In this document: positions 26,000 through 40,568 of the stretch, one piece after another
Numbering within the stretch: the first letter of the stretch is position 1
Layout of the letters: every line of letters begins with the position of its first letter
Assembly: GCA_028534125.1 (NCBI GenBank)
Contig: CM052818.1
Span: 24,182,001-24,246,000 of the forward strand
Source: Lama glama
Taxonomy: Eukaryota
Direction of reading: 5' to 3'
DNA length: 64,000 nucleotides
Notes under the pieces: model-generated
Told to the model about the DNA's origin: nothing
The model's input: only the letters and a program-made list of their open reading frames with translations
The model's database searches: none
Program-made: the position numbers and the translations under genes

Positions 26000-26190
26000 A
26001 TTGTACTTAATATATGTGTGGCACAGTATGAAATCCTATATACATGCTATTGCATTCAGTTTTCACAGGATATTGTTATCCTGGCAGTTTTAGAGATGGG
26101 AAAACCTAGAGGTTAAATGACTTGTCCAAAGTCACCCATAAAATAGGGTAAATCTGGGATTGAACACAGGTACTTACTTCAGAGCTTTTG
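26000..26190 (-). mobile_element. MIR SINE
   Basis: 'gttttagagatgggaaaacctagaggttaaatgacttgtccaaagtcac...ctgggattgaacacagg'. Confidence 0.7.
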
Positions 26191-28740
26191 AACTTCACAA
26201 ACTTTGGGAGTTAAATTATAATATGTGTGGCCCAATCGGTTTTAAAATCACTAACAATAACAATGGAATATTTTGCAACATCCAGATAGACAAACCTATT
26301 TTTCTTCATCCAGGCTTGATTCTTTGTCCTCAGATTAGCTAAGAGTTTCACAGACATCACAATCATCACTGGACCAGTCCTTTGTAGCAAGGATGAAAGA
26401 CATAGAGGACAATCCCAAAATACATTCTCTATCAGAATATCAGGTCAGAATACAAACAGGCAGACTGGCAAAAAGAAAATGGAAACACTACCTTTAAAAA
26501 CAGCTGACAAATTTCATAAGATAGCTCCCTGCTTTGCCTTGAACTGAAAATCTAAAAACCACCCTGTAGAATTTTTGTCTTTCCCACTGTGCCATGCTAT
26601 TTTCGGTCTGTTGTCTGTTGTGCCTGGATTATGGAATATTTTCCTCACTGAGCTCTCTTGTCTTCCTTTTCCAAAGCAATCTGCAAAACTGTGTCAGATT
26701 AATATTACACGAAACTCTTTCATATAAGACAACTGTTCAGCTCAGAAGTCCTAAAAGGTTTAGTAGTATCTCTAGACTGAGGTTCAGCATAAAATGCAAG
26801 ATCCAGCGGACCCTCCTAGCTTCCATAAACACCCACTGATTCTTCCCAATATTCCAGTGCACTCCATCTGCCTCCACACATATGTATATACACGTACTTA
26901 CATCCTCTTCTCCAAGGATACTAATGCAAACAGCCCCACAAACCTGTCACCTACATTCCCATCACTCTGCCCTTACTCATACTTTTCTTCCAGCCCAGAA
27001 TGTTCTCCACCACACTTCCCATCTGCACAAAGCTATTTCTTCCTACAGATGCAATTCAGGTCCCACTGCTGGCCTCACCATGTCAGACACAACATAGGTC
27101 TTGCCTGCCCTGCACCTAAACACCAGGCAGCCTTATTATTATTATCATTGACACAGCGTGTGTCACATTCCATATGAATCCACTTTCTCTTCTTTGAATC
27201 AAAGTGAGCAGCTTCTTCAGACAAAGGCCATTGGCTGTATCTTTATATATATATATATATCAAATGATACCTAATCTAGATTTGTAAGCGTAGTCAGAGC
27301 TTAGTACACTTTCATTGTATTAATTGAACCCATTATTAATTGGCTATTTCTCAAATTATCAGTTGTAGTATGCATTCATGTATTGCAAGATTGTGACATT
27401 TGGTCTTTGCACTGTGGCAAGTATCAGCACGGTAACGGAGTGTCCAGCAGCAGCAAATATATGAGGAATCTTTGTAAAAAAAAAGGAAATAAAATACTAA
27501 ACTAGGAAAAAAAAAACTTGTTGAGAAATCAAAAGAGAACTGCTTCTGACATATTTTTTTCTGGGGTTTTTCAACTATTATAGTGCTTTTTATTCTCATC
27601 AGTTTACTTTTCCGTATTCAAATTTAACATAAAAAGTGCTTGAGTTTTTTTGATGCCATAATTAGATTAGATAAAGGCTTCTCAATACTAAAATCTGAAA
27701 GTTAAAAAAATTAAATAGTTCTTCCGCTTATCTTAATAGTGTTCAAATAAGACATGAGAAACTAGCAGAGAGCTTTGCTATAAATAGTTAAAGATGTAGA
27801 AAAGGCATTCCCAAAGAGCTGGCTACAATGACATTCTGATCTCATTGCCATTTAGACACTCATTAAGGATGACTGCACCCAAAGATGCTCTTAGCAATTT
27901 TTAAAATACTGAATGAATGCATTTTGATGTATTTATTCATTCATTTCTGTTCACATGAATCCTATGAGAATTATGGGAGCTTTCACATAAAATGAATTAA
28001 AAACACTAATACTAATGGCAATAATAATGATCATTTCACAAATGAGGATAAAGCAAGAAAAGATTTGCGTCAAACAGACCATACCAAAAGAAAGAGAACA
28101 GTTATTTAAGGAAATTATATCGTTATATTTTAAAGAATGTGAAAAAATGTTGAAGTTGGCTGTTCGTTTAAAATACATAAAATTATGTATTTCAAAAATT
28201 AGGGACAAGAATTGTCCATTCAAAATTTTACCTCTGAGGCTGAATTCCATTGTTAAAAAGTTTAAGATCTGCCCTAAGCCAAATAAAATAGATTTCTGTT
28301 TCATTTTGAAAAATGAATATTAATTAAATGTGAAATAATTTTCAAACTTTTTATTTCCTAAAATATTCAAACAAGATAGAGCACAAATTAATTGAAGAAA
28401 ATCAATTCTTACTGTTTTCCAAGTCTTTTCGATCAGAAACCAATTGATAATGAACAACGGATAAAATGAACAGAGTTAGGAAAAAGAACAAATTTGAGGC
28501 TTTAAAACTAGGACAAATCTCATTAAATTTTTTATTCAGGAAGTGGTTCTTTGGGTTACTGCAGTGCCAGGCACATTCATGGAGGATACCAAAATTCCTT
28601 TCACCGTGTTTTTGTCCTCAAGGTACTATCTATGCTCCTAAGATAATCAGAAATAAGATCTTAAGATTTACCCTGTAAGATGCCTTGTTCCTCCCCAAAA
28701 CTTAATTGCATTTGATCTAAAATCAGTCCACGGTACTTTC

Positions 28741-29229
28741 CAGACACACCTCAGTATAATCACAGGTTTAGTTCAAGACTACCACAATAAAGCAAATACC
28801 GTAATAAAGCAACTCACACCAATTTTCAGGTTTCCCAGTGTATACAGAAGTTATGTTTAAACTATAATGTAGTCTATTAAGTTTGCAATACACTTATGTC
28901 TAAAAAACCATACATACCTTAATTTGAAAATAGTTTATTACTAAAAATGCTAACCATCATCTGAGCCTTGTGACTGACAGTATAATACAAAAGATCACAA
29001 ATGTCCATGACAAATATAATAATAATAATGAAAAACTGTGGAATATTGTTGGAATTACCAAGACTTGACAGGGAGACACAAAGCAAATGCTGCCGGGAAA
29101 ATGGTGCTAATAGACTTACTCGTTGCAAGGTTGCCACAAACATACAAATAATAAAAAACTATTTATTGTAAAAAAGCAGTATGTGTGAAGGGCAATAAGA
29201 TGGAGCACACTAAAATGAGATACACTTGT
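28741..29229 (-). mobile_element. Internally deleted Tigger1 derivative (Tigger1a-like)
   Basis: Both Tigger1 ends are present ('cagacacacctcag...accacaataaagcaaatacc...' and '...ggcaataag...actaaaatgagatacacttg') and are joined near 28968. Confidence 0.8.
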
Positions 29230-32200
29230 GTTAGCATTTTTTTTTAACCATCCTGATTGCATTGTAGGAATGCCAGTTACTAACTTCCCTTGAAGAAAGG
29301 AAGAATTTATTTTCACATCTTGTCTCCTACTGGTCTACATTGTTAAAAAGGTAACTTAATGATAAAGAGATAATACAGTTCAGAGTGCTTTCAGTAGAAA
29401 TGTGATTTTCTGAACCAAAGTGAATGCTTTATAATTTTATCATAAAAAGAAAGGTACTGAAAGGATTTTAGTGTTATATAAGGGAAAAAAACGGAACTTC
29501 TGAAAAGCAAAGAAATAAAACTGTAAAAATTAGAAAAATAAAAATATCTATATTAGGGAAAATCAGACAGAGTTTTTTTTTTATAGTTTTATGTTAGTTC
29601 AAACTGTATTTCAAGAAATGAGAGAAAGTTTTGTTTTTAATTTGGCAAAGGAGATGAAATGGAAAAATGGCTTGGAGACTATAACTAAATATACATGGAA
29701 ACAAATATATAGACACTGGCCAGATTGGGAGAAAAATTTGACGTGGTGAAAGATGTGTTCCTGCACTATAATACATATGGATCCAAGTTCAATTTCTCTC
29801 TCCCAATACCCTCTTTATGGCCATGTCTACCCACTTTCTTCCCATCCACAAACAAACATAGATTATACAAATGGTAGGCGTCAACTTCAGACTGGTCAGT
29901 TTCATATACCACCTTCTGATCAATTTCTACAACATATGTGCCATGTACATGTAGACAGCAGTGAACGGCCTCTGAAATGGATGGCTACACATTGGTACCG
30001 CCCACGTTATCCTCCCACTGAGGAGTCTTGTCTGAGCCCCCAGGATCCCCCTTCCTATTATCGTCTTCTCGAGTCTGTCTTTCCCCAACCGTCTGCACAT
30101 GAAGTGGACCATTCTACCCTCCCAGATGCACTCTCTTCTCTCCCTTACTGTATAAACTCTTGTGTTTTCTCTGTGATGCTTCATTTCTGTTTCCTGACAT
30201 TGAACAGCAAGTACGCTTCCTTCCCAAACCTTCTGCCCAATCTTACAGAGAACATTCTCATCCAAAGCAAGACCTGCCTCGGGGACAGCCCCATGCTTTG
30301 GAATCTTGAGGTCTTGATCTATGCTCTCTTACCTCTAGAGTTCTAGCAGAATGGCTCATTCTGATACAATTTTTAAATAGACAGTTTAATAAACATTTGT
30401 TAGGTGATTATTATGTGTCAGGCTCTCTGCTGGCTCTGGATAGAGATGCATAAACCAAAGGCCACTGATGCCAGTGGTTTACTGGGCAAGATAGGCAACC
30501 CCACACATCGTACAGTATTACTTAAGTGGTTACAGAAATACCAACAGGGTGCTGTGGCAACAAAGACGTCTTGCCTTTGTAAGAACCATGAGTGGATTTT
30601 ATAGCGCTTTGTAGAACAACATTAAAGGCAGTACCTGCCAACCATCTGATATATACTTGTTGGAAAAAAAGTGGCAACTTTTCTGCTCTGTTCTATGCTA
30701 TTCTCCTTAGTTCTATCTCCCTTTGACCCCAGCCCTCTCTCCCACTCTCCTTGTCACTACACCTTAATGTTGGTACCATCTTGTCACATTTGACACCCTG
30801 TCACTGATCTCACTTTCCCTGCCAAGAGGAGCAGGTATGAATTAGATTAAAAGATAAAGGCTAAGTTTTGGGGATTTTTTTAGTTTTTTTAATTAAAGAA
30901 GGAACACAGAAAAGAAGGGATCTTGAAAATGGTATATTTCTCTTTATAAATGAATAATTTAGATTTCTAATTAAAATATTAACCAAGGAAAATTTATTTT
31001 GGGTTCAGATTTCCAGCCATTTGCCCATCTACACACACTCAAGGTCATATGCAGCCATTACCAAGGAAGGAAAATAAAACCTCTTTAGTAGTTGCCCTCT
31101 CCCCTGACTATTATTAGCCTGGCAACAGCAAGATGCCGAAGAAAAGAATGTTTCCGCATCTCCACGTTGGAGCACCCTGACCTTCATTTATGATGCTGCG
31201 TGAACCTTAATTTTGTCCTGCACATGCAAGGCCAATAGCTTCTTGTTAAGACACTAATGCATTCTACTAAGAACCCTTCTATTTAGCAAAGACGTCCCAC
31301 AGACTCACCTAAAAGTGTATTTTAGATAGAGGCAGCTGGTTCCCTGGGGAGGAGTCCAGTGTCACTAGTTCAGGACAGCAGTGAGAGCTTCCAGCTTCAT
31401 TTAGCTTCACAGATCTGTTATCTGGAAAAAGAAATGAGCTAGGATGATACATAAGGAGGTGTGTGCAAAACTACTTTTCCGTGGGAGGATTTAGGCAACT
31501 GACAGGCATTGTATTCAATCTGCCATATGGATCATAGCATCAACTAACTGGAGAAAATATCGCAGATGTTGCTAATATCTGAAAATAAAATGACAGGTAA
31601 GAAAGAAAGAAGAAAAATCCTTCCATCGGCAAATATCTGTCATCCTAAAAATAGAAGTTAAAGCCTTTATAGGATTCTCCCCAGAGCCCTTTATAAAGGA
31701 CATGCACCTGCTCCACCTAGTACCTTCCTTGTGGATGGATTTTATTTCTACTGTTGTATGCAATGACTATTATTATCATGCACGAGAATACATTTAAATG
31801 CTACACCAGCTCCAATAAAAATAGTTGGACTCTTTTTTATCACTGCTATTAGAGTGAGGACCAGTAGGCTCCAAGCATTCTGTTTGGCCTCAAATTTCAC
31901 TTCAGGTTTATAATGAGTTGAAATAAGAAGGGATCTTTTATATACTAAAGCTGAAAGTTGAAACTGACTTGTATTTCCTGGCTATGTAAAATGAGAGCAT
32001 ATACGTGTTTGGGTGTGTGTGTATATTTGCATGTAGCGGTAGATACCAATTGGTGCACACAAAACCTTTTGTTTATGGCGCTTCTTTCCTGGAGCTCATT
32101 CGTTTATGTGACAAAGTACGTAACATCCAATGAAACCATCAGTCATGGATTGAAAATATCCAAGGCTGGGAAGGCTGCTGTGAAAGCAGAAAGAGATGTT

Positions 32201-33319
32201 GTAAGGGTGGCGTGGCTTATGGCCCCCTAGTTCCCTGACCTTTTCTTCATTTAAAGTGATGCCAACACCTGGGGCAAGGCTATTAGAGAAATATCCTCTC
32301 TTTTCACTCAGTGGAAATATACCTGGGAAAGTAATGCTAATGTCTATTTCTAACACTGACAGAGAAAACTAGGGGGTAAAATCATGTGAGTTAGGATTTA
32401 CCTAGACACATAGTCAAAGACCCCATTCGCATTTTGTCTCTTTGCTCCATTTCGTATTTCATGATATTGAATGATATTTCACAATCCTTTAAAAGAAGGG
32501 AATCAAATACTCCAACTGGGCCCCTAATACTAGCTTGTTACTGTTGGGGTTCAGGAGTCAAAGGGCTCACAGGTGGGGAGACACAAACTTCAGAATTTCT
32601 CAGGAAGCTCGGTTTGGTTCCAGTAGGTTTCGCTCAGTTCCTTGGTAAATGGGATATCCTTTTTTGATGTACATTTCTCTGGGGCATATCTTTTATTTCC
32701 TACTGTTCCCACCTACTCACCTACATGAGGTTAGGTTTATCTGAAAGGGATTTTGGCTCATGCATCTATAATTATGCCTGTAATTTTTTCATAAGGAGTG
32801 GAACAGCATGTTAGCCTTCAGTGAAAACTCAGCCCTCTTTCCCATCAAATCTTCAGTTTCCATTAGGATCATAAGTAAGCTAAGCAAAGGGAAGAGAAAA
32901 AATAAACTCTCTCGCTAAAGGTCAGCCTCCTTAATTAAATGAAAACAGGCAGCAGCATAAGAAAATGAGATGACTAGAGCCCGTGCTCTTTCCGAGGAGA
33001 CCCTACAGCGTCTCCAGTTGATCCCGCCAAAAGCAGGCCAAACTGAGTTATTCCCCGATGGGTGAGAGGCTGCAGGATTTCAGCAGTGGCTCCCCTTTTT
33101 TTATTTTTTTATTTTTTTGCGAATAGATGGAATTGATGGTGTGCGACTGTGGCTATAATGGGGGCCTCAGGTCCCACAACCGCGCTCCATGTTGGCCCAC
33201 CTTCTCCTTGAATTACCACCACCACGGCTGCTGTTCCTTTGCACTTTCTGCTTTTGCTGCCACTGTGCCTCAGCTGAGGCCAGTGTGGGGGAGAAGCAAG
33301 TCAAGAGGCCCAGAGCTAG

Positions 33320-33490
33320 GTGCTTGTCACATTTTAGGAGTTCACAGAAAGCCTGTAAGGGAAGTATCGCCACCTCCTTTTAGAGAAGAGCAAACCACAA
33401 TTCAGAGAGGTTGATTATTTTACCCAGGGTCACACAGCTCACGAAATGTCAGGCTCGAATGGAAAGTCTGTCTCTAGTGCCTGTTCTCTC
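33320..33490 (-). mobile_element. MIR SINE
   Basis: 'ttttagagaagagcaaacc...ttcagagaggttga...cccagggtcacacagct'. Confidence 0.6.
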
Positions 33491-36480
33491 TCCATCAGAG
33501 TGAACATCTGCATTGCCCTGGTTCCATTCTCACTGCCTTCATTCAGGAATCTTCCGGATGGCATCTAAAGATGACTGCACACTCTCACGGGATCACAGCA
33601 GAGCCTCCTCTGTCAAGACTCTCAGTCGGTCTCTGTTCTGCTCCTCCCTTGATTTTGTTGTTCTTTTCCTATAGATCCCTGACCGCTTCTGATTGGTCAG
33701 GAGCTCTGTGAAGTCCGCACAAGAGTAAATGAAGCTAAAGTTTCACAAAAGCAGTAGGAAACTGCAAGAATTGAGAATGACCATTTATTCTAACTCCCTC
33801 CTGCAATGTCTGCATGGTTCCTAACTTCCCCAGCAACACCACTCTGAGTAGTAATACATGGCATTGTTTTCCATTTCCCAAATTAAAAAAGGCTGTTATT
33901 CTATTGATTGGCTATATTTATAATCAATCAAATAAAGATATTGAAAGTAGTAATGCTTGATAAGTATATAGGATCTCTTAAGTTCTTAAAAACGATTGCA
34001 TAATCATAAAAGAGTTAGAAAAACTTTTCCAGCACTGGTTTTTAAACGATTAAGCAATTATTATTATTAAGAAACATATTGCCACTGTTCTAATACGTTA
34101 ATCTTTTTAAAAATGGAAAAGCTTAATATATTACCAGTTAGGCTCATTTTTTTCTCAGAGATTCAAGAGGTATGTAAAATACGATTAATATAGGATGAGT
34201 CAGAAGATCACTCATTCAGCCAAACCCACAGAAGTCCTACTCAACTCTGAACCTGGAGAGTCTACTGAAGATGACACCGGCCTAATGTCTGGAATGGAAA
34301 GCTGCCATTGGAGTTTTGTCCTTGGCTAACTCATCCTTCCATTCAAACCGCATTCTGCTTTATCTCATGCCTCCACATTATTTCAACTCTCTCTCAAACA
34401 CCACGTGTGAATTTGGCCAGTTAGTTACCTCTAGTGACCTCAGGTACTCCAATTATACCTTTCTCCTAAGCAAACTCCTTCACAATTTAAGCCCAACCAA
34501 TAACAAGTCCTGTCAATTACATTTCATGAATGTCTCTCAAGCCTTAATCTTCTTCTCCAACTTCTCTCCAAGGCTGAGGACATTTCTGTCTTGGACCTTC
34601 TACCAGCTCTTCATTAATCCTGTGTGAACTGCTAGAAATAGCTTTCTGGTAAACAAATATTCACAAATCACTCTCTGATTTAAAGTCTTTTCATTGCTCT
34701 GTTTCCTGCAGAATCAAGTCTCCAGTCCCTTTAGTTCAGAGTAGAAAACCTTCAAAATTTGGCTTTGAGCAAACTTCAGAATCTTGCCTCCACCCACCCC
34801 TCCTCTCTATAAACATCCTGATCTAGCCATTCTGAATTTTACATCTCTGCAGGTGCCAGTGTGTCACTGCATATGTTGTTCACCTATTTTACTGTCCCCA
34901 CCTTCTTTGCCTAGTTAACTCCTAACTACCTTTCAGGGCTGAAATCAGGTATCATGCCTATAATGTCTTTTTACGACCGCTCCAAGCAGCATTTGTTTTC
35001 TTTTGTTTCCTTTCTGTGCTTCCTACTAGTGCACTTACTGTGCTTTAATATAATTGATGAGGTAGGTCTTTTCCCTGTGATCCAACCTGTTCCACCCAAT
35101 AGTCTGAGGGCTTCTTAAGAAAAGTCTATAACTAACTTAATGTTGTATCCCCAGCAACTAACAGGTTAGCTTTTACCTCAGAGGTAAATCAGTAATTTGA
35201 TTAAAGTTTATCTCATTAGAAATCAGACTCACTAGACAGTGCTGAGGAACTTGAAAAATGTTAAGGGTAAAAAGAACTCAGACTATAGATGAATAAATGA
35301 ACTATTTAATGCATAGATATTTATTCAATGCGGATTGAAAGGTGGAATTGCATAGTTACCAAAAATCTCTGTTGAAGTAGAGATATTTTCTGCTCTCACC
35401 AATAGCCCCAACATGAGCTGGAAGAGCCAAGAAGTGTCTGGAATTGATCTTGAGTTTTATTGTTGAGTTAAAGAGAAGAAAATCTGTGTACTTCTTAGAT
35501 ACTGATATTGACATAGATTAAAGGAAGTAAATGTTATTTAAGTCTATTTGGGACCATCTCTGGTGCACAATGCTTGTATATGAGTACTGAAATTTCAACA
35601 TACTGGATTACAGGGAAAAGGTTAAAAGTCTAGGTTGAAATTTGTTTTCCAATATATACTTTACTTTTGGAAAATGGAGATTGAACTAAGGTTTTTAAGA
35701 TGATCAGAAATCTCTTCTGAAAAATTTTTCTTTCTTGGGATTCCAGATTAACAATGTTTTTAGGAAGCTAAATTACTTAATAGGAAGTGGTTCTCATCGA
35801 GATGATAAAAAATTAGCAATTCACAGAATTCTGGGAAGATGGCAGAATAGGAAGCACCAGGAATCTGTCTCCCCACTCACATAACAATTGCCCTGGCAGA
35901 ATCTGTCTGGTATAATATTTTAGAATTCTGGAGTTTATTGAAGGCGTGCAACTTCCAGGAGAAGTCAGGGATAGTAAAGCGTGGTGAATTTCAGCCTATT
36001 CCAGCTCTTAGCACAGTGGCAACTATGCATCTCCACTCCCAGCTACATAGCAGGCAGCCACACACATGTTCCAGGAGCAGGTGGCACACACTTGTGGGAG
36101 CCAGGGTGGGCAAAACAGACCCTGCCCTCCAAATAGTGGGGATCAGTGTTCCGACTGCTGACTGCTGCTCCTGATCATACAAATGTAGACAAGGAGGCAG
36201 CAACTAGTTTTGTTGAACTTCCTCCCATTTTTGCCATCCCTTTAGCCTCTGGCTCAAGTCATTTCCAGGGGGTTTAAATGACCACTGAACTTCCCCCACT
36301 TCATTTTTCTTTTTATCCCTTTTTGGGAGTTAGACATTAAAGACTAGGACATCCAAAACTGTAACATGTATGGGGAAAATTAGAAAGTGACAGCCCATAC
36401 CCAGGGACATGTTCAGAAACTATCCAAGATGCTCTTAAGTGTACACCTCAGGGTGGTCTTCAGCACAGAGACAGCCTACA

Positions 36481-36497
36481 ATAAATAAGTAAGTAAG

Positions 36498-36544
<47 letters not shown>
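36481..36544 (+). repeat. (TAAA)n/(TAAG)n microsatellite inside the L1
   Basis: ataaataagtaagtaagtaaataaataaat... Confidence 0.9.
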
Positions 36545-36988
36545 CAAAACCCAGCAAATCTTGGGAAAGGAGGTCAGCCATGTTTCCAGAGTTACCACAT
36601 TAGTAGATTCAAATATCCAGTGTTCAATAACAACAACAAAATTGCAAGGGATACAAAGAAGTAAGAAACTATGGTCCATCCCATTCAAAGGAAAAATAAA
36701 TAAATCAACAGATACAGTCAATGAAAAAGATCTGATGGCAGATATACTAGACAAAGACTTTAAAACAACTGTCATAAAGATGCTTAAAGAACCAAAGATG
36801 TGGAGAAAGTCAAGAAAATGACATGTGAATAAAATGGAACTGTCAATAAAGAGAAAAACCTAAAAAGAAACAAAAAAGAAATTCTGGAACTGAAAAGTAC
36901 AATAACCAAAATAAAATTTTCACTAGAGGAATTCAAAGGAAGATTTGAATAAGGAGAAGAAAGAATCATCACACAAAGATAGGACATT

Positions 36989-37102
36989 CGTTGGAATAAA
37001 TTGGGAGTTTGAGATTTTCAGATACTGATTACTCTATAAAAAATAGATAAACAACACATTTATGCTGTATAGCACAGGGAACAAAAAAGAGAGAGAGAAA
37101 AA
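36989..37102 (+). mobile_element. Short young L1 3'UTR insert nested in the old L1 ORF1
   Basis: 'ataaattgggagtttgagatttt...tgtatagcacagggaac' plus A/GA-rich tail; perfect 14-bp TSD aaagataggacatt at 36975-36988 and 37103-37116. Confidence 0.9.
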
Positions 37103-39881
37103 AAAGATAGGACATTGAAAATTAGCAAGTCTGAGGAAGAGAAAGAAAAGAGATTGAAGAAATATAAAGAAAGCCTGAAGGACCTATGGTACACTAGCAA
37201 GTGGACCAATGTACACATTGTGGGAGTCCCGGTGAGGAAGAGAAAGACTTAGGGCAGAGAGAATGTATGAAGAAACAACAGCTAAACAACTTCTTGATGA
37301 AACATGAATATAAACATCCAAGAAGCTTAACAAACTCCAAGTAAGAGGAATTCAAAGAGGCTCATACTGAGACACGTAATCAAACTTCAGAAAGATAAAG
37401 GGAATCTTAAAAACACAGGAGAGGGGCAACTCATCATATACATGGTATCTTCAATAAGATTATCAGCATATTTCTCATCACAAACTTTGGAGGCCATAAG
37501 GCAGTAGGCCAGTATATTCAAAGTGCTAAAAGAAAACACCTGTCTACCAAGAACCCTATATCTGGAAAAATTATCCTTCAAAAGTGAGGGAAACATTAAG
37601 ATATTCCCAGATAAACAAAAGTTGAGGGAGTTTGTTACCTCTAGACCCATCCTGCAAGAAATGTTCAAGGGAGCACCCACAGGGTGAAATGACAGGATAC
37701 TAGATAGTAACGCAAAGCTATAAGGCAAATTAAAGACTGCAATGAGGGAAAATACAAAGATAATTATAAAAGCTTGCATTATTATAACAACTGAGTTTGC
37801 AACTACACTTTTTTTCCACATGATTTATGAGACTAATACATTAAAAAGTTATTAATCTAAAAGCTAGTAGCAGTATAACAACCTTAGTTTGTTAACTCTA
37901 AATTTTGATTTCAACATAATTTATGAGATTAATGCATTTTAAAGTATTATTAGGTTGTATTTTCAGACAGACAATGTATAAAGATGTAGTTTTGTGACAT
38001 CAACAATCAAAAGGGGTAGAGATGGAGCTATAAACAGCAGAGTTTCATTACAGTTAAGCTTGTATAAATTCAGAATAGTGTGTTGTAACTGCAGAATGCT
38101 AAATGTAATCCCCATGATAAACAGATACAGAATATAAACAAAATAAAATGATGGAGGAATTTAAACATTTCACAAAAAAATCAGCTAAATATAAGAGAAA
38201 ATGGTAATGCAGGAAATGAAGAACCAAAAAAAGCTAGAAAGCATACAGAAAACAAATAGCAAAATAACAGTAGTAGGTCACTATTTATCAGGAATTAATT
38301 TAAATGTAAATGAATTAAACTCTCCAATCAAAAGACAGAGAGTAGCAAAATGGATAAAATCACGTGATTCAACTGTATTTGGTCTACAAGAGACTCACTC
38401 TAGATCCAAAGAAACAAATAGATTTAAAGGGAAAGGAGAGAAAAATATTTTATGCAAATAGTAACTGAAGAGAGCAGTGGTGGCTATATTAATATCAGAC
38501 AAATAAACTTTAAAACATAAAAGATTATAAAATACAAAGAAGGAAATGATATGTTTTTAAAGTTTCAATACCACAAGAAGATATAACAATTATACACATT
38601 TATGGACCTAATGACAGACCATCAAAATATATGAAGCAAAAACTGACAAAATTTAAGGGAAAACAGATAGTTCTACAATAATAGTTGGAGACTTCAATAC
38701 CCCATTCTCAATAATAGATAGAACCAGGCAGACTGTAACTAAAGGGACAGAAGACTTAAACAACACAATATGTCAACTAGTTATGATAGAGATACAGAAA
38801 ACTATGCAGTAACAGCACAACATATCCTTCTGAAGTGCACATGGGACGTTTTCTAGGCTAGAACACATCTCAAATCAACAACCTATTTTTACAACTTATA
38901 GAACTAGTTAAAAAAGAACAAACTAAACCCCAAGCTAGCAGAAGGACGGAAATAATAAAGGTTAGAGCAGAGATAAAGAAAATAGGGAATAGACAATAAT
39001 GAAGAAATTAATGAAATCAAAAGTTGGTTCTCTGAAAAGACCATGAAGATTGACAAACATTTAGCTAGAAGGACTGAGAAAAAGAAAGAGAAAGAAGAAA
39101 AATTACTAAAATGAGAAACGAAAATGAGACTATTGCTACCGATTCTATAGAAGTAAAAATAATATTAAGAGATTACATTGAATAATCGTACACCAACACA
39201 TTGGATAACCATTAAAATTTAATCAATTAATATTTGATAAGTATTCCTGGCACATGACATTAATACAACAGCTAAATTATACTGTGGTAATCTAGGATGG
39301 CTGGGAATCAAAAAAACATCTAGCCACTGCAAAATAGTTAGGGAATGACAAATCAAAGTGGAGCAGGTAGAACTTGCTGGCATTACAATGGATATATATG
39401 TCAGCTTAGTTTTCTTACCCTCAAGCAAGTGTGTTTTCTATGAGAAGGGAAAGTGAAAGAAAGAAATAAAGAAAAATGAACAAGAAACTGAGAAGCACAA
39501 AGTAATAAATAAGGTAAGTAATTAGGAAACGGGGAAGGGAAGGGATCCAGAGACAAGAGAAAAGTAAACCACAGTCACGGCAGCTTGTAATCAAGCACTG
39601 AGAAACCTCTACATCTCCCTCCCACTGCAAGGCGTCAGCTCTGGACCAGCTTTCAAGTTACTCTTACACGTCATTTACCATTTCAAGGGACACTGCAGGC
39701 TGATTTGTCTGCCGAATCCTATTCAGAAATCTGAGGGATCATGAATAGAGCCACCATGAGAAGAAAAGGAAGGCACAAACCGATGGGCTGTTATCACTGA
39801 CTTTGCAATAGACACATATAAATCATAGTCCTCAAAAGAAACGTTTTGTGATTAAGTTACCCAAGACCACTGATGTTATGA

Positions 39882-40085
39882 ACCTGTTTCTCAACTGTGG
39901 CCACATGTTAGAATCATCTGGGGAACTTAAATAAATACACACATACATATATATCCTGACCTACCTCTAGAAATTCAGACTTAATTGGTCTGGAGTAAGC
40001 CTTGATATTTTGCGTATATTTTGTTTGTTTGTTTTTTTCACCCTCCCTAGATGATTATAATGCAATCTGTGGCTTAGCACCACTC
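39882..40085. mobile_element. MER5-like hAT-Charlie MITE
   Basis: 'tttctcaactgtggccacatgttagaatcatctggggaactt...ttcagacttaattggtctgg...gatgattataatgca...agcaccact'. Confidence 0.75.
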
Positions 40086-40227
40086 TTACAAAGGAAAATT
40101 CCTAAAGGAACATTTTCAAAGACACTGCCAGCTTATTTATGGGTAAAATAACTAATTTTGACTGTTGTTAACTATTAAGCTTTTATTTCCCCCCAAATCC
40201 AGGAGCATTTTCTGAATGCTTTGATCC

Positions 40228-40565
40228 TGTAAAAAATTAATAAACAGAAACCTCAATTAAATAGAGTTGGGAGACCAGGAGGGGGAGCTCACACTCCCTG
40301 TCTCCTTGTGATGATAGCTGAGTCGACAGGAAGAAGAAAGACTCCTCTTCTTTCCCAGCAAGGACTCAGCCAATGAAAAGCCATGGACTTTTTGTTTACT
40401 AGAGTTCTCCCAACTTCCTTGTCCTCTCTATAAAAAGTGTTCTCCTTCCCTTGCTATGCGGGGATTGCCATGGTTTCAGATCCTGAACTGTAATTCTCTG
40501 CTGATCCCAAATAAAACCATCTTCGCTGGAGAAATATTTTGCAGTCTACTTGTTTCAGGCCAACA
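40228..40565 (+). repeat. 5' LTR
   Basis: TG...CA ends, CCAAT ('cagccaatg'), TATA ('ctataaaaa') and AATAAA. Confidence 0.9.
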
Positions 40566-40568
40566 TTT

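Larger units (their letters stand above)
35828..39210 (+). mobile_element. Ancient 5'-intact, 3'-incomplete L1 (L1MD-like): 5'UTR, decayed ORF1, spacer, ORF2 endonuclease
   Basis: Start 'ttctgggaagatggcagaataggaagcaccaggaatc'; ORF1 motifs (LLDKDFK-like, 'IRLSA', 'LYLEKLSFKSEGNIKIFPDKQKLREF'); ORF2 'LNVNELNSPIKRQRVAKWI...LQETH' and 'atagttggagacttcaatacccca' (IVGDFNTP). Confidence 0.88.

Noticed and set aside
29753..30346. 197-aa ORF, the longest outside repeats and gaps
   Set aside because: No recognisable domain or splice context, and composition reflects a pyrimidine-rich strand; probably chance, though not excluded without a homology search
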